Assembly (NCBI GenBank): GCA_965223855.1
Contig: CBDCXM010000009.1
Span: 2,912,001 to 2,976,000 of the forward strand
DNA from: Candidatus Multivoradales bacterium
Lineage (GTDB): Bacteria > Acidobacteriota > Thermoanaerobaculia > Multivoradales > JAHEKO01
Direction of reading: 5' to 3'
Length of the DNA: 64,000 nucleotides
Below the pieces are notes generated by a model. The model was not told where the DNA came from, did no database searches, and worked only from the letters and a program-made list of their open reading frames with translations. The translations under genes and the position numbers were made by a program. Numbering within the stretch: the first letter of the stretch is position 1; the number at the start of each line of letters is the position of its first letter. Of this stretch, positions 19,319 through 31,455 are shown one piece after another.

Positions 19319-22006
19319 TCAGGACCCGGGTTCGGTGTCCGAGGCTTCCGCGCCGGACGCCTCAGGGTCCGAGGTATCCGGCGGAGGTCCGTCCGGAGCC
19401 GGCTTCCCCGGCCCGGTCCTGATCGCCGTACTGACACCCTCACGGGGCTCTTCCGGGCGCTCGAGGGTCGCTCCGGCGACGCCATCGACGCCGGTCTCCT
19501 CGTTCCAGAAGTAGAGGGTGGCCCGTCGTGTCCCAGGCCCTGTGGCGACGCTCCAGCGCGCCCGGGCCTCGTCGATCGACTGCTCTTCGCTCGCGAGCGT
19601 CACACCGTCGTCGTCGACCAGCACCCACGAGGCCTTTCCACCGATGGCTCCGGCCGGCAGGTCGGCGAGGAAGTGATCGAGCTCCGACTCCTCCTCGATC
19701 GCGAGCGGGATCTCGACGGCGGGAGCCGCGACCGGAACCGCGGGATCCCCGAGCAGATTGAAGAGGTGGGTCGAGTCCCGACGCCCGAGGTCCCGCTTGA
19801 CCCGGAGCAGCGCCTCTCCGATGGTGCCCGGCCTCGACAGTTCCTCGACCAGTCCCCGGCTCAGCGCGCGTGGCGGGGCGTTGCGCCAGGAGGCTCCGAT
19901 GAAGCCGATCGCTCCCCGGTCGGGCATCCTCAGGAACGCCTCGCCGATCGAGTCCGAGCTCGGATGATCGAAAGGCGCCGAGTAGCACGAGACGCTGACC
20001 ACGACCGAGAGGCGCTCGCTCGGTTGCAGCTCGGCGAGCTGCTCGAGGCCGAAGAGATCGATCTGGTTGGACAGGTCGGGAGGTGCGGTGCGCCAGATGA
20101 ACCGCCCGCCGTGCCCGATGAAGTGGGTCACCAGCATCCCCTCGTCGAGTCCCTGCATGATCCGGGCGCGATCCTCGGGATTGGCCTCGTCGCCGGGCAG
20201 TACCATCGTGGGCGCGAACCCGGAGTCGGCGAAATCCCGCGCGAGTCTCTGACTCCGGCTCTTATGTGACTGAACACCGCCCGTGATCCACAGGTGGCGA
20301 CTCCGCCAGGGTCCGAGCGGGGCTTCGGCGATGTAGCGACGGATCTTCGCCGTGATCTCACGTACTTCGTCGGGGTCGACGACCGGGAGGCGGCCGAGGG
20401 CGAGATCGGGTAGCTCGTCGTCGCCGTCCACCATGACGAAGTAGGCGTCGCTCGCGGCGTGTCCCTCGGTGGTGTGGTAGCTCCAGCTCGGCACGAGGTT
20501 GCGGTTGTTGAGCAATGCCTCGGAGTAGTCGAGCGTGTGCATGCGGCCGAACCTCGGCCCGGCAGCGCCGGCGCGGTTCCCCCAGTTCGCATAGTTCGCG
20601 TCATCGACGGTGGCGTTCTTCGTGTCCCAACTCGCGTCGCCTACCAGCAGGACGAATCGGGGCCGGGGTCGCTCCCAGTTGTGGTAGGCGAACTCGAGGA
20701 ACGAACGGATCGCTTCCGGGGCCGAGACACCGGCGAGAAACTCGTCGTAGACGTCGGCGACGTCGATCACTTCGACCTCGAGACCGCGGTCGCGATGAAG
20801 CGCGGCCAGCTCCTCCGTCGCCTCCAGCAGGCTGCGATGAGCGATCATCAGATAGTCGGCCCTGTTGTCGAAGGCACGCAATCGGCTCGGGCGGTCGACC
20901 TCGATGGCGACCGGCTCGAGGACGGCGTCACTTCGCAGCAGCCACAGGTCGGCGGTGCCGGCGTTCTCGAGAAGCATCGTCGCGCCGGCGTTCGCCTCCC
21001 ACTCCCACAGATGCTCGCCGAACACGGTGATCGTGCCGTCGACCGGGCTTTCGACGGGGACGGGAAGGCGTTCGTCCTCGGCATGCCGCCGCCAGCGAAC
21101 CAGCTCCTGGTGGAGAACTGGTTCGACCGCGAACTGAGCCCGGATCCAATCGAACACGACGACGTCGAGGATGGACTCGCCGGCAAACTCCCGCGGCTCG
21201 ACGTAGACCTCGAACGCGAGGGAGGAGACCTCGCCGGAATCGGCCTCGACAGCGGCCGATCGCTCTCCCACGAACGGTGTGCGACCGTCCCAGGTGAATC
21301 GATGTGTGTTGCCTTGCAGCGCCACCATCACCTGATGGTCGCGCCCCGGATGAGGCTGACCGTCCACCGGCTCCGGCACCGCGCTCGACAAGCCCCGGAA
21401 GCTGGCCTCGAAGTTAACCCGCGCCCCGGCTCTGATGCCGCGTGCTTCCATCTCGGTGGAGAACGGTTTCTTGCTGAGCTGGCTCAGCTTGCTCCAGTAC
21501 CAGAGCTCCGGATGCTCGTCGTCACCGACTTCGGCCGCCGCCAGACGGATCAGAAGCTGGTCCTTCTCGAGATGCTCATCGCGATAGGGAACCGCGACAT
21601 CGATCCCGGTCTCGTCGTACTCTGAGAGAGTTCCTTCGGAGTAGCGACGTGCGGCACTCGGATCGAGCTTCAGCCAGTAGACATTGTGCCGGGCATAGGG
21701 GTGGTAATAGGTCGCCGGTCCGTGGAGGACGTCCGCGACGAACTCGAGGTGGTCACCGGGCCCGAACAGGCCGTCGCCGCCGTCCTGGACCCTCAGACGC
21801 ACGAGCCGGTCGCCGTTGCTCAGCGCGAGGTGTGAACTCTTCACCTCGCCTTCGGCTCCCGCGGCTTCGAGCTCCTCGAAGTTCACTCGGTGCACGCCGG
21901 CCTCGGCGGTGAAGATCTTCACCTGCTGCCAGGAGGGTTCGGCGACCGCCGAGCCGGCGGCGGCGATCGAGAGCGCGAGCGTGAGGGCCAGACGTCGGTT
22001 TTTCAC
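19319..22006 (-). CDS. Secreted C25 (gingipain/PorU-like) cysteine peptidase
   Basis: Signal peptide; DYLMIAH, VYDEF, VLLVGDAS, LALGRLP, catalytic FIGHG and SVSC. Confidence 0.88.
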   Translation of the reverse strand: MKNRRLALTLALSIAAAGSAVAEPSWQQVKIFTAEAGVHRVNFEELEAAGAEGEVKSSHLALSNGDRLVRLRVQDGGDGLFGPGDHLEFVADVLHGPATYYHPYARHNVYWLKLDPSAARRYSEGTLSEYDETGIDVAVPYRDEHLEKDQLLIRLAAAEVGDDEHPELWYWSKLSQLSKKPFSTEMEARGIRAGARVNFEASFRGLSSAVPEPVDGQPHPGRDHQVMVALQGNTHRFTWDGRTPFVGERSAAVEADSGEVSSLAFEVYVEPREFAGESILDVVVFDWIRAQFAVEPVLHQELVRWRRHAEDERLPVPVESPVDGTITVFGEHLWEWEANAGATMLLENAGTADLWLLRSDAVLEPVAIEVDRPSRLRAFDNRADYLMIAHRSLLEATEELAALHRDRGLEVEVIDVADVYDEFLAGVSAPEAIRSFLEFAYHNWERPRPRFVLLVGDASWDTKNATVDDANYANWGNRAGAAGPRFGRMHTLDYSEALLNNRNLVPSWSYHTTEGHAASDAYFVMVDGDDELPDLALGRLPVVDPDEVREITAKIRRYIAEAPLGPWRSRHLWITGGVQSHKSRSQRLARDFADSGFAPTMVLPGDEANPEDRARIMQGLDEGMLVTHFIGHGGRFIWRTAPPDLSNQIDLFGLEQLAELQPSERLSVVVSVSCYSAPFDHPSSDSIGEAFLRMPDRGAIGFIGASWRNAPPRALSRGLVEELSRPGTIGEALLRVKRDLGRRDSTHLFNLLGDPAVPVAAPAVEIPLAIEEESELDHFLADLPAGAIGGKASWVLVDDDGVTLASEEQSIDEARARWSVATGPGTRRATLYFWNEETGVDGVAGATLERPEEPREGVSTAIRTGPGKPAPDGPPPDTSDPEASGAEASDTEPGS

Positions 22007-22114
22007 GCCGGTAAGCTAGCATGTCCTGCGCCTGCCGCGAGGCGTGCAACCTCGCTTGTACGCGTACGTATCGAAGGGCAGTTCGCCCCAACCGACGATC
22101 TCCGAGGGACCTCC

Positions 22115-24034
22115 ATGAAACTCACCCGCCTTTCCGCGGCGACGACAGCCGTCCTGCTTTCTCTGACTCTCGCTTCGTGCGCGACCGCTCCCGAGCCGGA
22201 TCCGCTGCCCTCGCGGCAGTACACGGTCGACGAGTTCGTCAGCACCGTCTCCTATTCAGGCGCTTCGTTCGCTCCGGACAACGCGGACATCCTCGTCAGC
22301 AGCGACGAGAGCGGCATCTTCAACGTCTACTCGGTCCCGACGGCCGGAGGGGCAGCGACGGCTCTGACGACCTCGACCGAGGAGTCGATCTTCGCGGTCG
22401 GATACTTCCCGGCCGACCGCAGGTTTCTCTACACCGCGGACGAGGGGGGCAACGAGCTCGACCATCTCTACGTTCGCGAGGAGGACGGCTCGGTCCAGGA
22501 CCTGACGCCGGGCGAGGGACTCAAGGCGCTCTTCCTCACCTGGTCGCGGGACGACGAGGCGTTCTACGTCGCCACCAACGAGCGCGACGAGCGCTATTTC
22601 GACGTCTACGAGTACCAGGCGGACGACTACGAGCGCGAGCTGATCTTCGTCAACGACTCCGGGCTCGACTTCGCCGACCTGAGCCCCGATCGGCGCTGGA
22701 TCGCGCTGGCCAAGACGAACACCAACGCCGACAGCGACATCTACCTGTTCGATCGCGAGAGCGGTGAGACGTCCCTCATCTCGGAGCATGAGGGTGAGGT
22801 GCAGCACTACCCGGCCTCTTTCACGCCAGATGGCGCCGGCCTCCTCTACCTGACCGACCGCGACAGCGAGTTCCTCTATCTCGTGCGCCGGGATCTCGAG
22901 TCGGGCGAGGACACGGTCATCGAGCGCGACGACTGGGACGTCTCCTTTGCCGGCTACTCCAAGCACGGCAAGTACCTGGTGGTCGGCTTCAACCGCGACG
23001 CGAAGACCGACCTGCGCGTGTTCGAAGCCGAAACTCACGAGCGGGTGGCGCTGCCCGAGATGCCGAACGCGGAGATCACGTCGGTGCGGTTCTCCGGTGA
23101 CGAGAGCCACCTGGCGTTCTACGCCAGCAGCAGCCGGATCCCGCGCGACCTGTTCGTTCTCGAGCTCGGCGGCACCGACGCCCGGCAGCTCACGTCGTCG
23201 CTCAACCCGGTGATCGCCGCCGAGGATCTGGTGGAAGGTGAGGTGGTGCGGTTCAACTCCTTCGACGACCTCGAGATCCCGGGGATTCTCTATCGCCCCC
23301 ATCAGGCGAGCGTCGAGAATCAGGTGCCGGCAGTCGTGCTGGTCCACGGTGGCCCCGGCGGCCAGTCCCGCCTCGGCTACAGCGCGATCATCCAGTACCT
23401 GACGAACCACGGATACGGGGTCTACGCGATCAACAATCGCGGTTCGTCCGGCTACGGGAAGACCTTCTACCACCTCGACGACCAGCGCCACGGGCGCGAC
23501 GATCTCGACGACTGCGTCGAGAGCAAGAAGATGCTGATCGAGACCGGCTGGATCGATCCCGAGAGGATCGGCATCATCGGCGGCTCTTACGGCGGCTTCA
23601 TGGTCCTGGCGGCTCTGACGTTCCGCCCCGAAGAGTTCGCCGTGGGCGTCGACATCTTCGGCATCTCGAACTGGCATCGCACGGTGCAGAGCATCCCGCC
23701 ATGGTGGGAGTCGTTCCGCGCCGCGCTGGAGAAGGAGATGGGACCGTTCGACGACGAGGAGTACTTCCGATCGATCTCTCCGTTCTTCCACGCCGAGAAC
23801 ATCGTCAGGCCGCTGATGGTGCTGCAGGGGGCCAACGATCCCCGGGTGCTCAAGGTCGAGTCGGACGACATCGTGGCGGCGGCGCGCGAGAACGGAGTGC
23901 CGGTCGAGTATGTCGTCTTCGAGGACGAGGGGCACGGCTTCCTCAAGAAGGAGAACCGGATTCGCGGCTACCGCGGCATCCGGGAGTTCCTCGACCAGCA
24001 CCTGAAGTCGATCGGACGCGATCTCGAGGGCTAA
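22115..24034 (+). CDS. S9 family (prolyl oligopeptidase/acylaminoacyl peptidase) lipoprotein
   Basis: Lipobox LASC; beta-propeller region; VHGGPG, GGSYGG nucleophile, QGANDPRV, DEGHGF. Confidence 0.93.
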   Translation: MKLTRLSAATTAVLLSLTLASCATAPEPDPLPSRQYTVDEFVSTVSYSGASFAPDNADILVSSDESGIFNVYSVPTAGGAATALTTSTEESIFAVGYFPADRRFLYTADEGGNELDHLYVREEDGSVQDLTPGEGLKALFLTWSRDDEAFYVATNERDERYFDVYEYQADDYERELIFVNDSGLDFADLSPDRRWIALAKTNTNADSDIYLFDRESGETSLISEHEGEVQHYPASFTPDGAGLLYLTDRDSEFLYLVRRDLESGEDTVIERDDWDVSFAGYSKHGKYLVVGFNRDAKTDLRVFEAETHERVALPEMPNAEITSVRFSGDESHLAFYASSSRIPRDLFVLELGGTDARQLTSSLNPVIAAEDLVEGEVVRFNSFDDLEIPGILYRPHQASVENQVPAVVLVHGGPGGQSRLGYSAIIQYLTNHGYGVYAINNRGSSGYGKTFYHLDDQRHGRDDLDDCVESKKMLIETGWIDPERIGIIGGSYGGFMVLAALTFRPEEFAVGVDIFGISNWHRTVQSIPPWWESFRAALEKEMGPFDDEEYFRSISPFFHAENIVRPLMVLQGANDPRVLKVESDDIVAAARENGVPVEYVVFEDEGHGFLKKENRIRGYRGIREFLDQHLKSIGRDLEG

Positions 24035-24041
24035 CACCGAC

Positions 24042-24420
24042 AGGGACTGGTCGAGGAGGGGATCTTCCTCGGCCCTTCGGACTCTGCCCGGTCTGCCTGG
24101 CACTTGGCGTCAGGTCAGCGGCACCAGGGCATCGGCGTCATGACCAGGTGACGGTGCAGCCCCGATTCCGGGGCCCTGGGTGTCCGCCGGAAGATCGCTC
24201 TTCCAGGTAGGAAGGAGGTCGGCGCAGGCCTTCGCGAGGACGGAACCTACGGGGGGAAGGACGCGCGAGCGCGCCGGGCCCAAACCGACCCACACTTCTG
24301 CCGCCTGAGGCCCGGTTGAGCGCGAAAGCCCTGGCGGGCGTCCTTCCTACCCGAGTCCCTTCGCGAAACGGGTCGCTGTGGCCGAGGGGGCTCTCACCAG
24401 GCTGGAAGCCCAGTAGAGAG
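24042..24420. ncRNA. Candidate structured non-coding RNA or palindromic element (unassigned)
   Basis: Largest non-coding gap in the window, between convergent genes; many hand-checked helices, e.g. 24206-24216/24341-24351 (11 bp) and 24042-24048/24354-24360. Confidence 0.4.
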
Positions 24421-24425
24421 GCGCC

Positions 24426-24809
24426 TCAGCTGCCTGGAATCCGCGCGACCAGGTCGATCTCGACCAGGGCCCCCTTCGGCAGCGCCGCCACCTGAACGGT
24501 CGAACGGGCCGGACGGTGGTCGCCCATGAAGGCGCCGTAGAGTTCGTTGATGGTGCCGAAGTCGGCGAAATCGACGAGGAAGATCGTCGCCTTGACGACG
24601 TCGGCGGGGCGGCACCCGCCCGCCTCGAGCACGGCGCCCAGGTTCGCGAGCACCTGCCGAGCCTGTCCCGCAAAGTCGTCGGCGACCATCTCGCCGCTCT
24701 CGGGGTCGAGGGCGACCTGCCCGGAGGTGTAGAGCCAGCCGTCGACTTCGATCGCCTGGGAGTAGGGGCCGATAGCGGCGGGAGCGCGGTCGGTGTGATG
24801 AGACTTCAT
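24426..24809 (-). CDS. ridA: RidA/YjgF family enamine/imine deaminase
   Basis: APAAIGPYSQA, SGQVALDP, PARSTVQVAALPKGALVEID. Confidence 0.95.
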   Translation of the reverse strand: MKSHHTDRAPAAIGPYSQAIEVDGWLYTSGQVALDPESGEMVADDFAGQARQVLANLGAVLEAGGCRPADVVKATIFLVDFADFGTINELYGAFMGDHRPARSTVQVAALPKGALVEIDLVARIPGS

Positions 24810-25336
24810 GAGGATTCCTCCCGGACGACGCCCACGTAGGGCAGGTTTCGATAGCGCTCGTCGAGGTCGAGTCCGTAGCCGACGACGAACTCGTTGCCGA
24901 CCTCGAAGCCGCTGTAGGCGATCGGGACCTCGATCTCGCGCGCCGGGACCTTGTCGAGCAGGGTGCAGACCTCGATCGAGGCTGCCCCGTGATCGCGGAG
25001 AACATCGAGGACCGTGTGAAGCGAATACCCGGAATCGACGATGTCCTCGATCAGAAGCACCGGATCGTCGCCGAAGTCGAGTTCCGGCCGGCGCTTGACT
25101 TCCAGCCGCCCGCGGACGGTCCCGCGGTAGCTCGACACCTGGACGAACTCGATCTTGACGGGGACCGAGAGAGCCCGGACGAGATCGGCGAGGAAGAAGA
25201 GCGAGCCCTTCAGTACGCCGACACAGATGAGCGTCGAGCCGTCGGAGTACTTCCGGTCGATCTCCGCAGCGAGCTCGGCGATCCTTGCGTTGATGCGTTC
25301 GCGGGAGATCAGGACGTCGATCGCGGGGCCGGGCAT
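24806..25336 (-). CDS. hpt: Hypoxanthine phosphoribosyltransferase
   Basis: VGVLKGS, LLIEDIVDSG PRPP motif, FVVGYGLD, YRNLPY. Confidence 0.95.
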   Translation of the reverse strand: MPGPAIDVLISRERINARIAELAAEIDRKYSDGSTLICVGVLKGSLFFLADLVRALSVPVKIEFVQVSSYRGTVRGRLEVKRRPELDFGDDPVLLIEDIVDSGYSLHTVLDVLRDHGAASIEVCTLLDKVPAREIEVPIAYSGFEVGNEFVVGYGLDLDERYRNLPYVGVVREESS

Positions 25337-25493
25337 GGCGCGTAGGGTAGCAGGCGCGACGCCCCCCTTCGAGGTCCAACCACTCGCCTCTTCGTGAGGC
25401 GGTGGCTCCCCGGTGCGGCCGTGGTTCGAGCGGGGTCTTTCTTGTAAGGTTCGCCTGCCTGCTCGACGCCTGTCGGCGGGTTGCGGAGAAGAG

Positions 25494-27060
<1,567 letters not shown>

Positions 27061-27068
<8 letters not shown>

Positions 27069-28275
27069 TTCGAAGAGCGACGCTCGCCTCGCCGGGCCGC
27101 TGCCGCTCGCGATCGCGCGGCGCTATCTGAAGAGCGCGCGGCGCGACGCGTTCGTCAGTTTCCTCTCGCTCGCCGCCGCGGCCGGCATCGGGCTGGGGGT
27201 GGCCGCGCTCGTGATCGCCCTCGCCGCGCTGGCGGGGTTTCAGGGGGCGCTGCGCCAGGAGATCCTCGGGCGCACTCCCGAGATCGCGCTCTCCACGCCG
27301 CCGGGGACCGACACCTCGGAGCTCGCCGCGCGGATCCGAGACCTCCCGGCGGTCGAGACCGCTCAGGCGGTGCTCGAGGGGAGCGGTTGGATTCTGCGCG
27401 ACGGTGCCGCCCGACCGGTCTCGATGGTCGCCTACGAAGGTGAGCTGCCGACACTCTTCCCGGGAGTGGAGGGGCTCGGGGGAGAGGATGGGCGACCGCA
27501 GGGCCTCTACCTCGGCGACGAGCTCGCCGCAACCTGGGGGCTGATGCCGGGCGACACCGTCGAGATCGTCGCCGCCCGGCCGCTACTGACACCGCTCGGA
27601 CCGCAGCCGCGGGTCCGACGGATCCCGATGGCGGGTACGTTCACGACGGGCCGGACCGAGTATCGCGATCGGATCGCCCTCCCGTGGGAGATCGGCCGGG
27701 GTCTCATCGGCCGCGGGGGTGAACGGATCCTCGCGGGCAGCGGCGATCTGGAGCGGGTGGACGAACTCTCTGCCGCTATGGCGCCGCTGCTGCCCGAAGG
27801 CACGCGCGTCGAGACTTGGCGCGATCGCAACCAGGCGCTGCTGTTCGCGCTTCGACTGGAGAAGACGCTGATGTTCCTCGGCATCTTCCTCATCGTCGTC
27901 GTCGCCTCGCTGGCGCTCGTCTCGAGCCTGCTGCTGATCCTCGCCAGCAAGAGACACGAAGTCGGGATGCTGCGCGCGATGGGGGCCACCCGGGCGTCGG
28001 TCCGGTCGGTGTTCCTCTGGCTCGGAGCGATTCTGGCCGGCGCGGGAGCGGCGGCCGGCGCGATTGCCGGTTGCGCGATCGCCTGGGCGCTCGATCGGTG
28101 GCGACTTCTGCGTCTGCCGGACCAGGTCTACTTCCTCGACCACGTGCCGTTCGAACTCGCGCCCCTCGACTTCGCCGCTGTGCTGGTCACCAGTGTCGGG
28201 CTCGCAGCCGTCTGCGCCACCTGGGCGAGCCATCGGGCCGCTACCCTCGACCCGGTCGGAGCGTTGAGACGATGA
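27061..28275 (+). CDS. Lipoprotein-releasing ABC transporter permease (LolC/E family); start codon non-canonical as sequenced
   Basis: Conserved IARRYL...FVSFLS N-terminus lies upstream of the first GTG (27199); [21 protein letters not shown] and YFLDHVP motifs. Confidence 0.85.
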
Positions 28276-28970
28276 GTGTCGCGGTCGAGGCGCGGAATCT
28301 GCGCAAGGCCTATCGCGACGGCGAGCGGTCGATCCGGGTGCTCGAAGGAGCGAACCTCTCGGTCGGAGCCGGAGAGTTCGTGGCGGTGGTAGGTCCGTCC
28401 GGCTGCGGGAAGTCGACCCTGCTCCACCTGCTCGGCGGTCTCGATCGGCAGGACGGCGGCGAGATCACCCTCGGCGGGCAGTCGTGGACGGCACTCGGAA
28501 GCGCCGATGCCGCGCGCTTCCGCAACCGCACGATCGGGTTCGTCTTCCAGTTCCAGGAGCTGCTGGCGGATTTCAGCGCTCTCGAAAACGTCATGCTTCC
28601 GGGCCGGATCCGCGGATGGCCCGCTGCGCGGTGCGCGTCTCGGGGGCGCGACCTCCTCGCCGAAGTCGGGCTCGAGGATCGGGCCGACTCGTTCCCCGGC
28701 CAGCTTTCGGGCGGCGAGCGACAGCGGGTGGCGCTGTGCCGCGCATTGCTCCTCGAGCCGCCGCTGCTGCTGGCCGACGAACCGACGGGGAGCCTCGACC
28801 CCGACAGCGGCGAGGCCGTTTTCGACCTCATGCTGAGCCTCCAGCGGCGCCACGGGACGACCGGCCTGGTCGTGACCCACAACCCGGAGCTGGCGAGGCG
28901 CTGTGGTAGAGTCCTCACCCTCGAAGAGGGGCGCCTAAGTCCCGAAGAACAAGGCTTTTCGACCCCGTAG
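28272..28970 (+). CDS. lolD: Lipoprotein-releasing ABC transporter ATP-binding protein
   Basis: GPSGCGKST, LSGGERQRVA, ADEPTGSLD, VTHN; follows LolC/E permease. Confidence 0.88.
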   Translation: MSVAVEARNLRKAYRDGERSIRVLEGANLSVGAGEFVAVVGPSGCGKSTLLHLLGGLDRQDGGEITLGGQSWTALGSADAARFRNRTIGFVFQFQELLADFSALENVMLPGRIRGWPAARCASRGRDLLAEVGLEDRADSFPGQLSGGERQRVALCRALLLEPPLLLADEPTGSLDPDSGEAVFDLMLSLQRRHGTTGLVVTHNPELARRCGRVLTLEEGRLSPEEQGFSTP

Positions 28971-29006
28971 ACGGCACCGCGAGCGACCTTCGAAGCCTTC
29001 AGGACG

Positions 29007-31433
<2,427 letters not shown>

Positions 31434-31455
31434 CCTTCCTTTTCTTCGCCGCCGT

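Noticed and set aside
24203-24223. CAGGTAGGAAGGAGG resembling SRP RNA helix 8; also checked the region for tmRNA, RNase P and riboswitch signatures
   Set aside because: Lacks the paired stem around GGAA and the AGCAG motif; no tRNA-like ends or GAGGAAAGUCC; it lies between convergent genes so it is not a riboswitch leader
24110-24295. 61-aa ORF within the structured intergenic region
   Set aside because: No convincing SD or -10 signal, no recognisable motif and atypical codon usage
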